This document shows positions 51,701 through 64,000 of a DNA stretch of 64,000 nucleotides, one piece after another. The DNA comes from Chrysomallon squamiferum (taxonomy: Eukaryota; Animalia; Mollusca): the NCBI GenBank assembly GCA_012295275.1, contig CM022672.1, forward strand, positions 24,676,001 through 24,740,000, given 5' to 3'. Positions within the stretch are counted from its first letter, which is position 1. The number at the start of each line of letters is the position of its first letter. Position numbers and translations under genes: made by a program. The notes beneath the pieces were generated by a model, which was not told the origin of the DNA, made no database searches, and saw only the letters and a program-made list of their open reading frames with translations.

Positions 51701-53022
51701 TATCTGTCATTTTAGACTATCAGACATCTCAACAAAAACAACAACAACAGCAGCAATAACAACATCAGCACCATTTAAAAAAAAAAAAAGCTGTTATTGT
51801 ATGCTTTGTATTATAAAATGAAAGCAAACATTATTAAATGAATGTGTATATATGTCATTCTGTATGTATGTAAATATATTTGGGAAATATATGAATCTCT
51901 CAATAAGTCTCTGTAATTGCAAGAACACAAAACATTTTATGACTATACATGTTTTGTAAAATTGTCATCCACTTCCTATAAAACGTATCATTATAATTAA
52001 ACAGCCCCAGTGGTGCATACATTCATTGGTAAGCACATGAAGGCGAGATGTAACATTGGAGATTTTTTTGAAAAACATGAACAAAATAATCATAATTTAA
52101 ACTGCACGTGTTGTTGTTTTATTTCTACTGCAACAATATTTCTAATAACTTACTGGTTTTCTGGTATTACATAAATAGCTACGTTGTCTGATACGAACTA
52201 GGATTTGATTGAAGTTCGCGTTTATTACATATTCATGAACACAGTTTATGTATTTTGATATGCGAAGGGTCGAAAAAAAACATTGATTTATGGGTTTCAT
52301 TCTCTTTATGTCAAACGTATCATATTCAGCGACATTTGAGAGAGAAATAAATTTCATTTACTCTGCTGTATTTGATTTGTTAAAGTTTCCTAAATACGAA
52401 GATTTCATAGTACTGTGTATATTAATATGCCGAAAGTTCCTAAAGCTACATTTAATTATTCCAGATGACCCACACCATACAATTCCGTCAATTGTAAAAC
52501 TGTAGTAGTTTTCCATGCATAAAAGAAAAAATGTTTTTTTATTACTATATAAGGCAATTAATACCACTCGTAACCGCAACTACGTTAATATATACAGAGA
52601 AAAATAAAATAAAAGACTGAGACACAGCAAACAAAGGTAGACTGAGAATTACAGAGAGTGAGAAAGATGCAAAGAGATTAAGATTTTTAGAATGATAAAG
52701 AGATAGATAGAGAGAAAGGAAAAACAGAGAAAGAGAAATAATGAAAGAAACAAGGCAATTTTCATTAGGAAATTTCAATTTCAGATGGGAAATAGGAAAT
52801 AGCTTTGATGGATCAACAGTCATGCAGTAATTTAATATAAAGACAACGCTTAATCTTCGTATGAAAGGCTTTGTACAGAAATAAGACATTAGGGACAACA
52901 AAATCTGTACCTTAGAGCTCATGAACGAAGATAAATTCACACACACACAAACAGAGTCCTGTCTGTGCACAAATACATAAGAATATACGTTTTTTTTTTT
53001 TTTTTTTTTTTTTTTTTATTTA

Positions 53023-53062
<40 letters not shown>

Positions 53063-53229
53063 GTATAACAGAAATGACCAATAAATAAATAATTTAAAAA
53101 AAAAAGAAGTATTAAAAATAAACCATAAAGACATAGAAAGTTGATAATAAAATAAGTCTAAAAAAAAAAAAAAAAGTCAGAAGAAAAACATACTGTTTAC
53201 TGAGTGACTGTAGAATACAAGATGAAGCA

Positions 53230-53790
53230 GATTAAAGTACTAGCAGTAACGCCAAAAGAGGCCTAATTTCTCACGACATTTATACAAAGAACATCAATAT
53301 TTTAACGTGGAAAACTGAATAGAGGGCAGTTCCCGTTGGCGTCTTCATACCCAACTCGTGACAGTACCAACTTTCTCACAAAATTAACGCTGGCTTAGGC
53401 TAGCAACGTCTTACAGTCCGTCACCGAGAAACTGACTTTTCTTCACCTTGCCCGAATTGGCGGCCCGTCTAGCTTTTTACCTGACACCATTGCAGCGGGA
53501 AGGTGTTTCTGCTAATTCCCTTTGTCGCAGCTCTGTAACGAGAAAAGCATAATTGACGAAGAGTTCTGGCTTGAGGTGCAAAAGAACAGTTACTGAAGGG
53601 GAAGGTTATTAAGGAAATCTTATAACGGATGGTCGGAGGTGAGAGTTTCCCACGTCCTGGTCGCTTTGATGCCTCGGTTCGCGTCGTCCGCCTTGCACGA
53701 GTCGAGGCGCGGTGACAGCATCATCTCGTGATCTCTCGTCAAATCTCATTATATTAACGAACATACTTAAAGGGAAATTTGCAGCAGCTT
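53230..53790. promoter_or_regulatory. CpG-rich non-coding block, enhancer-like
   Basis: GC/CpG-rich island among low-complexity flanks, with no long ORF. Confidence 0.35.
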
Positions 53791-53884
53791 CAGAATATTA
53801 TTATGGTGTTTAGTTGAAGAATGTAAATTTTCGCTACCTTGATTATATAAAAAAAAGGGTACCTCATTCCCATGAAATGTATGT

Positions 53885-53972
<88 letters not shown>

Positions 53973-54692
53973 AAATAAACTTGTACAAATGTCTTTGTTG
54001 TACAATGCCCGTTAAACAGAAGTGACCCCTTTTTTTTTTTTTTTTTAGAAAATTATATTAATATATATTTCTCATTAAATCATATATTTATTCATCTTAT
54101 ATCTTAAATGCCGAATCAGAAAAATGTTAAACAATTGTCGTTGAAGCAAATTAAAAATGTCTGCTACTCATTCTAGACTATGAGACGGAGATCATTCTTG
54201 GCGTCTTAGAGTAACTTCAACATAACAACAGCAACAGTGTTATTGCTACTTCTACTTATAAATACTAATGCTGTTCTTCTAAATGTTCTGTTTCAATTAG
54301 TTTTTAATCCTCTTTAGTTTTTATTGTTAATTATATGAAAAATAAATAAAGAAAAGAGAGAGAGCGAGAAAGAAAAAAAAAAAAGAAGAAGAAGAAGAAG
54401 AAAAAGAAGAAAAAAACCAATAACGACCACAATAACAATGGCAGTGATTTAGAAAATCATTTAAATTAATTAATGACTTTAACGAGAAACTAACTACGTG
54501 TCAAACTGATTTATAAAAGAGATAAAATCAGATGTAATATAGAAATAAAAAAATGGGTCCAACTTATGTGTATTAATGGAATTCTGTTACATTTTGTTTA
54601 CTTTGAGGATACCACTAATATCAATAATAACAACATAACAAAACAAAATAATACCCACCCAGAAAATATAAATCAATAACAAAATAAGATAA

Positions 54693-54697
<5 letters not shown>

Positions 54698-54756
<59 letters not shown>

Positions 54757-54757
54757 G

Positions 54758-54809
<52 letters not shown>

Positions 54810-54900
54810 TATGTATATGTATGTATATGTATGTATATGTATATTTATGTATGTATATGTATATACACATGTATGTATGTATATGTACAGAATGTATGTA
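54698..54900. repeat. (TA)n/(TATG)n compound microsatellite; a similar tract lies at 60528-60836
   Basis: Low-complexity runs seen directly. Confidence 0.95.
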
Positions 54901-57189
54901 TAACTGATTAAAATGTATTGTTTTGCCTTTGATTTTCAGTGTCAAAGGAAATGATAATACCGTGTATATTTAAAAAAAAAAAAAAAAAAAAAATTAAATT
55001 AAAACATTTCTGTAAAAGATTAACATATATATATTTACAAATGTAACATTAGCAAAGAATATGTTACATAGTTAACTTGATAAACAGATAATAATTCGTT
55101 TTTACTTGGAAAAAAAAAAAAATAAAAATTAACTCCTCTTTCCCCATTTTTCTGGTAATCATTGTATTGTGCGGAACATTTGGAAGTAATTAGCTATTTG
55201 TAATTCGAATCCTGATCTCAGCATTTGATAGTTACCTCATTTCTCGATCAACCAAAGCCAAGACCAAAAAAAAAAAAAAAAAAAATTCAAGACTAAACCT
55301 ATATATATATATATATATATAAAAGAAATAATTAATCAGAATAAATAAATAAACAATAAAATAAAAAAGCGCCCAACTGTGAAATGCGTGTTTGTGACAG
55401 CTGTGAGATTTCTAAGGACGTGGCTTCGTACAACGGCTGATTAATCCAAGAGTTAGATAGGCCTGATCGCCATTCAGCGAAAACATTACGTAAAGCAGTC
55501 TAACCCAAAACGCGAGCACGTACGTAAAACAATGGCCTGTAAGTCTGGCTAGGTGGGATCATGCTAAAGGGCGGATAAGCGTTGTTGGATGGGTGGAGAT
55601 GATCACAGGGATTTTACATATATACGTACTGAACTGAGTGGGAAGAAGACTTTGTTATTGCTATTTTTTGTTTTTGTTTTTTTGTTTGTTTGTTTTGTTT
55701 GTTTTTTGATTTTTTTAGTATTATTATTATTTTTTTTTTTTAAAGTGAAATGGACCCAAGCGCACAGCCTTCACTTCTGTTTGAAATTTTTTTTTTTATT
55801 TTTTTTATTGTTTTATAGTGAAAGGAAAATTTAAAAGATTGTTATATAAAGTGTACAGTTTTATATATATATATATATATATAAATATATTATTTTAAAT
55901 TTACAACAACAAAAATAATAACAACAACAACAATAATAATAATAATAATAAAATGTATTCATTTATAATTTCTTTTTCCTTTGGATTTGTACATTTAATT
56001 TAATTTTATAATATTAAAGTTTTAAATGTTTTTCAAAATATATAAGATAATTCATAGTTCTTCTAAAAATTGATTTATAATACCGACTTACTCCTCAAAC
56101 ATATACAACACACATCTGTGTTTTAAATAATTGAGTTAAAAGCTTTTTTTCACTTCTATAACTTACACTGTTAATCACAATTTTCGTCATTAATGCTTCT
56201 GCATATAGATAAAAATATATCCAAGCGCATAATTTTTTTCTTTGATAAACGACTAGTGAATAATTTACATAGTATAATTATATTACGTACGATGTTTGAA
56301 AAAATAGATAACGATAATTATGTAGTTTGTTTACTTTGGTTATGGAATCAGTTTTTAAAACAAAAACCTTTTATTTTAATTTCTACCGCATGAAATACAA
56401 TAATAAAAAGTGAACAAAAACAACAGTTACCATTCTGTTGTAGTGATAATTCAATCGTATAACAATTACAGTTTTGATGATATTTCTGCCTCATAATTAG
56501 TTCGTTAATTTGATAGTTTAGAGAATCCTTTTATGTTAATTTTAACTAAAATAAATCTATAAACCTCTACTGATTAAAAAATATATTTGTTTCTTATTAC
56601 CATTCCAGCCAAAATAGTAATACTTGCATAAATATGACAAAATTCTATAACCAATATTAAATGAGTTTTAAACTTAGAACAGAATGCGTATCCTAAATAC
56701 AAACATTATCTAGTACGCTGTGTGTGTATTTATCTATATTATCTACAACTTACGTAAATCATTTTTGTTACAGATAACTATTTTCAAAATCGCACTACTA
56801 AACGTAGGTAAACAATAAATTATTAATCTGTGTTTACTGCAGATGACATATTTTTCAGACGATATTTCATGACATATTTTACTTCTCTATGTAACAATAT
56901 TTTTATTCTATGCTTATATATATATATATTTGTCTTGTTTAATAAATAAATAAACAAATACATAAATACATGCATTCATGTACCTGTTTTGTTAAAAAAT
57001 AATAATAATTAAAAAAAAAAAAAAAAAAAAAAAATAATAATAATAATAAAAATAATAATAACAAAATATATATATATATATATAAAACTAAACAAAAACA
57101 AAACAATGTAGATTTTAGTTCCAGTTTATACTTATTTTATCTATTTCACAAGCACTTTAAGCAGATACAGCAATTCCATTCATTACTCA

Positions 57190-57508
57190 ACGACCAGTTT
57201 ACTGAAGCCGTGGTTTGTCCAGTATCACCTGCAGTAAAATGCACGTGTAGATCCCATGCTGCTGATGTGAAGAAGTAAAAAGGAATTTTCTCACAAACTA
57301 AAAACTAAGCTATAAATCCTCTGCAGCGGATGAAAAAACACTTTAAAGAAAAGAAAAAAGAAAAAAGAAAAAACCAAGAAAAAACAACAAACTAGCCATT
57401 CCCCTGAAAATTCTGTCAGAAATAGTATAATTTAATGTTTGACATTCAACAGCTGATGAAAGAAAATTAATCAGTTTTTCCAATAATGTCGTTAAACAAG
57501 ACAACTTT
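57190..57508 (+). mobile_element. Degenerate SINE-like remnant
   Basis: aagccgtggtttgt...atgcacgtgtagatcccatgctgct...tgtttgacattcaacagctgatga...tgtcgttaaacaagacaactt resembles, from memory, the body and 3' tail of abundant gastropod SINEs. Confidence 0.55.
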
Positions 57509-58664
57509 ATATTCTGGAAAATTCTCAGGCGTATTATAATTTGATTATAATATATATTGAATTTTTATTTTTATCTTTATGTGTGTGTATGTATGTGTGT
57601 GTGGGTGTGTGTGTTTAAAGCACTCACACACATATATTTTTTAACTGTCGTAGAGCTTAATATTAATGTATTTTACATGTACTTTTTTTTAATATATAAT
57701 TTAGCATTTTCTATCTTTTAAACAGTACATGTTTCGATCACTCTTTGTTCAACTGACTGTGTGTATATTTACTACATTTTCAATTTTTGTAACAATAACT
57801 TAAGACATACACAGTTAAATATATAGATTTTCTTTATTGAAACACGGTTATTGAACTATTTATTAAAGATATTTAATTATTATATCTTATTAAATTTGCC
57901 ATGTTAATAAAAGAAAAAAAAAAAAAAAAAAATAAAGACTACCGAAAGTGAAACTAAAGTATTGTAAAAGTATACAAACAATTATTCCGACAATTATCTG
58001 TAGAACGTAAGAAATCGATAATCGTTCTAATATTTCAAATATATTTTACAATTTTTACATTTTTACTTTTTTACTTTTTACTTTTTTTAATGTTGAATAA
58101 TACCAAATTTAAAAAAAATAAATAAATAAATAAAAAATGATAAAAGAAATTAAAAAAAAAAAACCATTAAAAATTGTTACATAAATCGTACGTGTATTGT
58201 TTAATCGCTGTCAATTGCAGGCATGTATAAAATAATATTTATATTAGGTTACTTTAACGGGTTCACGTATTTGTATCATATGGTTCAGTACTGAAAACTG
58301 AATCTCACAGCGATGACTATACATCAAATCTATCATAAACAAGTCTTTTTTTTTTTTTTTTTTTAAAGGTGCAAACCGTTTTATCTGTTTAAAAAATAAA
58401 TAATAATTAAGAAAAAAAATTCCGTCGAAACTGTTACGTATAGAAGTTCAAAGACTCCTCCACTCTGAACACGCGAGAATCAAACTGATGGCGCCATTGG
58501 CAAACTATCAATGGCAAAAGATGTGTTTTGTTTAATTTCCACTTGACTAAAGCTTACATTTCGATAACATGCTTTTGCTGGGAACAGCTGTTGGCGGTTA
58601 CGTTACAAAACTACCGTTAAAGGGCACGGCCAGGTTATGTTGAAACACGATTACTTTCCTAGAA

Positions 58665-58695
<31 letters not shown>

Positions 58696-59080
58696 AAAAG
58701 AAGAAAAAATTCCAACATCTCGCTTTTGAGTATTAAATATTTTTTTTTTTGTTTTTTTTTTTTTACTGCACGTACAACATGTTTTCACCTTTGTGATTTA
58801 TGAATGACGCACATTTGGTTTATTTTATTTTATTTTTGTTTCATTTCTTGGTAGAGCAAGGGAGAAAACGAAAAGAAAAAAGGAGATAAAAAAAACCATG
58901 CACAGCGGCTGTTGAAGAGGCGGAGAAAATGAAAGAAAAATGAAAAGCTGACGATATCTTAGCAAGAAAAAAAAAAAATGTTGTTAAAATTAAAAAGAAA
59001 CAAACAAACAAAAAAAAAAAAAAACGGTCTCAAAAGCTGATTTCAAGTATTGGTAATAACAGAAGTAATATTAGAAAAAA

Positions 59081-59113
<33 letters not shown>

Positions 59114-60011
59114 GCTAATTATAAAGTTAGTGACTGAATAAACTAAATAAATTATGAAACCAAAGAAGAATAGAAACATTAACAACAGAAAAATAAAATA
59201 ACTGGCAAAATATTTTTAAAATGAAAAAAATATATATTTAGAGCTAGATTGTTGAAAAAAGGTCCAGGAAAATGGAGACTGACTCTAATATGACTTTTTG
59301 AACATTATCATTGTTATACAAATGTTGGTGGGTCTTTTCATATGAATGAACCAAAACAAAAAACATCAAAAAAAAAAAAAAATAATAATAAAAAAAATAA
59401 AAAAATAAAAAAATAAATTAACAAAATAATAATAAATAAAACAAAAAAATTATAAATTAAACAAACAAACAAATAAAAATTAAATAAAAAAAATAAAAAA
59501 AAAAAAAAAAAAAATAAGTAAACAAATTTTATAAAAAATAAATAAAAAAGGTCTACTTCAACGTAAGAGGGGCAGGTTTTAGATTTATTTACTCACGTTA
59601 TGATCGTTGCCTGGTTTTTAAAAATGTAATTTTACTGCACTGTTTTTAACCAAAGAGCCACATAAAAGATCATGTTATTTCAGAGGAGAAAAATAATTTT
59701 TAAGAATCAATATTTGAGGAATTGTGCACTTGGAAAATGTTTATGCACTAACTGATATCGTCTTCGATATTGTTTTTAGAATTCATTGTAACACAGACAT
59801 TCTAATAATTTTAGCATATTTTGTTTGGTATGTTTTTGTTATTTTAATTAAAAAAGAATAATAATGAACCAATTATCTAATTAACCAGAAAAACTACAAT
59901 TTCCTAGTTTAGAATTCCCCTAACAGTTAGGAATATAAAAAAAAAAAAAAAAAAAGCCCAAGACACTTTCATACTCTCAAAAATTTATAAATAATGAAAA
60001 AGCAGAAGCTG

Positions 60012-60084
<73 letters not shown>

Positions 60085-60189
60085 CAATAACAATAATAAT
60101 AATAAAACTAGAGAAATTGTTAATTAAAAGCAAACAAAATAGTTAAATATAATAAGTACAATAAAATAAGTATAATAAAATAATAATAA

Positions 60190-60228
<39 letters not shown>

Positions 60229-60528
60229 AAAATAAATAAAAAAGAACAAACGAACAAAACAGGGAAGAATAACGTAAACCGTAAAACTTAATAAAACTAA
60301 AGAAAGCAAAAACTAAATAAAAAAAAAAAATGACTTTGTCCGATATTGTCTGTTTTTAAACGGCTGCACTGTTATAATCAATATAGACAACTGCAATTGT
60401 AACATACTCAAAGTTTATAAATGTCTATTATTTCTATGTTAGAGATTTCAAATCAATAGTTATTTAAAGATCAGACTTTTTCATCGATATTTCTCTGTTT
60501 CATGTGTCCATGTAAATGTTAATATCTG

Positions 60529-60593
<65 letters not shown>

Positions 60594-61339
60594 CTGTGTA
60601 TGTGTGTGTGTATATATATATGTGTGTGTGTATACAAAGACACACACACATTCATATACGTGCGTATATATCTGCAGATTATATGTAACTATGTTTATAT
60701 GTGTATCTCCAATGTGTTTGCATCTGTGTATGTATATATGTGTATGTGTGTACATATGTGTTTGTGTGTATATATACATTATACATATAAATATATATAT
60801 ATGCATACATGTTTATTTCTGTATGTGTGTGTGTGTACGTCTGAGAGAAAGCGGTGTAGGCTGTAACCTAATGTTTTACTTGCAGCTTACAACATGATAA
60901 GCTGAAGGATCTCTTCTCCGTTCTGTTAACTGTAACCATTTCGCTTTGTGCTCACAAACTGTCATATAAAACGAATATGTGCTTTCTTTGTATTGTGTGT
61001 GGGCGTGTGAGTATAATTGTATAACTACAACAACAACAACAACAACAATAATAATAAAAATAATAACTACTGCTACTACTACTAATTATTATTATTATTA
61101 TTTATATTATTTTAATTGTATTACTGTTACAACAATAACTGTTACTAATACATTGATTATTGTTGTTTTTGTTATTATTATTTTTATTGCTCTTTTTTCA
61201 TATCAATTTTGAATCTTTATTTTATTTATTATTATTATTATTATTATTTCTTTTTAAATAAATTAATTTAAAATTGATGTTTAGAAGTTTTTATACATAG
61301 AGTATATATATATATATAGTGTTCCGTTTAAGGGAATTT

Positions 61340-62210
61340 TAGAAACATGTGTTAACGTCGGCGTATATTGGATTTTATTTAACGTGATGTAACGTGTCGT
61401 GTGCTGCAATAATCTAGCCGTGTGGCAATCGCACGCGCGCCTCCAGAACCCGGTAAGACAATCCAGCTTTGAGACGCGCAGACGTCGGAAATACTGAACG
61501 AAAGCCAAGTATTTGAGAACCGCCGTTTTCCCTCGACAGTCGTCTTGGGTCCAAAACCATCTTCCGTTTATTAATCTTCTCATATTACTTTAATAACGAC
61601 CGCAAACCACACTTATTTTTCACAAAAATGTAATAACAATTTTACGTTTTTATCTGTCTTGTCTGTTTTGCAGTAACAAACCGAGACTACCGAGGGACGA
61701 AATCAGACCGTACTGGGTCTTTGATTTCCCTTACTTAGCAACCACCACTGAACTATTTCGTTAAACAAATGACATCGTTAATATCCCAGGAGAGTTCCAT
61801 CTGACATCTTGGTCGAGAAGAAAATTAATTCGCCATCAGCGGATTGATTTGATGAAACTTGATGCAAAGTCCTGACGACGAATTTTTACGAATTAACATG
61901 ATTGTAGAACAAGTACCGCGGTCCTCTCAGGTCTGCGTCACGATAGCGGCTGACCTTTGTTTGCGGACAGAATCCTCCAGGTGGCGCGCGTTCTCCGGAG
62001 GGACACCTGTTTTACTGATCATTTCGCTGCCTAATAAAAGACACGATTGAGTTTGGTGGATCAAATTGCTGTTTTGATTTGTTGATAAAAAAACCAAACG
62101 AGTTCCACCGAGAGAGACAAGAAGAACGTTATTGGGCAACAAACCACAGTGATATAAAACAGTATTCCTAAACATGTCAATTAGCTGTCATTTGTACAGC
62201 TGAACGTGAT
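61340..62210. promoter_or_regulatory. CpG-rich non-coding block, enhancer-like
   Basis: Clustered Runx-like (ACCGCA, ACCAC), posterior Hox/Cdx-like (TTTACGA), TGATTTGATG, Meis-like (TGTCA) and E-box (CAGCTG) motifs. No credible protein. Confidence 0.4.
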
Positions 62211-62418
62211 TCATAAAAAAGTTAAAAGAACGAAAGAATGAAAAAAAAAAAAAAATAGTTAAATTGAAAATGGATTGTTGAGAAACGGCGATGAATAGAA
62301 AAAAAAAAATTATTGTCGGTTAAGATTTATCAGATAAGTTGTACCTAGCAAGTGTGAAATAAAATAATATAAAGTAATAATAATAATAGTGGTAGTAGTA
62401 GTAGTAGTTGTAGTAGTA

Positions 62419-62456
<38 letters not shown>

Positions 62457-64000
62457 CAAGCACTGAATAATGATAATATTGATATAATTTTGCAGTTAAT
62501 ATTTATTTATTTAATTAATAAAATATTACTGTAATTACTTTGCATTCAGTTTAATTTTTACAATTTCCAGATGCTTCATGTGCGAATCTGAATATGCTTA
62601 AATGTAATTATTTTCCTTATACAGACGACCATTTCTCATTTATTACGTTACTTTTTTTCTGTCTTTTTTTTCCGCTCATTATAATATCGCCAAGCAAATG
62701 GTTGAACGCCATGACAGTTTATGCCTTTCCATAGTTCTTATACTGGAAAATAGAAACAAACACCATAAGTAATTATCTCCTTTACTTTCCAAGTAATATC
62801 AAATAAGAATACATTCATCCATCCTTCCATGCATACATTTATGATTTCACACTCATACATGTAAATATTTGTGCATTTTATTAATTTTGTAAAATATCGT
62901 TAATTATCGTTTTATATCTGAATTACCAAATTATATTTTGATTACATGTGTAATGCCTCATGAAAATGGCGAAGCTATCTTTATTTATAGACAAAAATAT
63001 GAATCAGTGATACCTTTCTAAGCGATTTTCTGGACTGGCTGAGATATAGATATGATGCCTGCCTTAACCAGCTGTAAAATGTAAAACGTAGGTATAAATC
63101 AAATAGGAAAAAAAAACATTAGAAGAAGAAGAACAAATTCTTTCAAATAGTTTTCTGTTAATATCTTTGACTTTTTGACAATGACTTTATTCTCATAGAC
63201 TGTAGGATTACAGTACAGAGAAGAATGTATTACAGCTATATAATAAACAAAATTAAAATGCACATGCGTGGAAGTTTATCGTTATTGATGCGGCCAAACC
63301 ATTTACTAAGCTGGGAATCGGCAAATTAGTTTGTAAAAATAACGGGTGAGAAAAGAAGATAAAAAAAAAAAAAAAATCTTGGTTATAATTGATTTGTTTA
63401 TAAAACAATCCTGTATTACAGAAAGACAACGGTATAGAAATACTAACATTTACGACTTTTTAAAAAATATATCTGACGTTTTTATATCTTTTAATAATTA
63501 TGCATTTTGTCTTTAAAAAAAAACGCCTCGATCCGCCTCCAGTTTGTTGCAAGATAATTTAAAAACTACGGAATATTAAAATACAGTGAAACTTGAATTA
63601 ATGAACGAATAATAATAATAATGAAGATGATGATGATATTAGTAATGATAATGATAATGATGATGATGATGATGATAATGATGACGACATTAATGAATAG
63701 CAGCTTTATTCCTTCATTACTTTCTTTCCTTTTAAAACTATTATTATAAGACCTGTATGTCATCTAATAAAGAAAACCTAAATTAATTACATTTTCAAAC
63801 AGTAAATAATTAAACCGTCATCTATCTTTCTCGGTGTCTTTTAACAGATTCGTAAATAAAATATCGTTTAATTCTCAGTGTTTGACTGTTATGCTAAGTT
63901 CATGAAAACATCTATTCAAAGACAATCAGACAGCGGAAGTTTTGACTTTTACGTGCCATATATCCCGTGAGATTGAATTTCAGTCATTTTAAAACCTGTA

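Overview
AT-rich, intron-rich animal genomic DNA with many microsatellites and homopolymers. The mytilectin, the ShKT proteins and the SINE style point to a mollusc, possibly a gastropod (inference). Three zones: (1) 1.4-31 kb, a compact, CpG-depleted block of five spliced conserved genes: CABCOCO1-like (+), GATD3/ES1 (-), PGLS (-), CDC73 (+) and ALAD (-). (2) 31.7-45.3 kb, an island of two head-to-head paralogous secreted ShKT + mucin + three-finger-like genes and a chimeric mytilectin (beta-trefoil lectin plus aerolysin-like tail) with an intronless CDS. (3) 45.3-64 kb, a gene desert with transposon remnants and CpG-rich, enhancer-like blocks. Most notable: the mytilectin has a myristoylation-type N-terminus instead of a signal peptide and an RFX X-box upstream; GATD3 has a U12 intron; a bulged, extensively paired miR-71 site lies downstream of the ALAD stop; a copy of part of PGLS exon 2 sits in the PGLS/CDC73 promoter; and apparent 1-nt deletions break PGLS and the ShKT genes. 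Exon boundaries were read by eye and no database searches were run.
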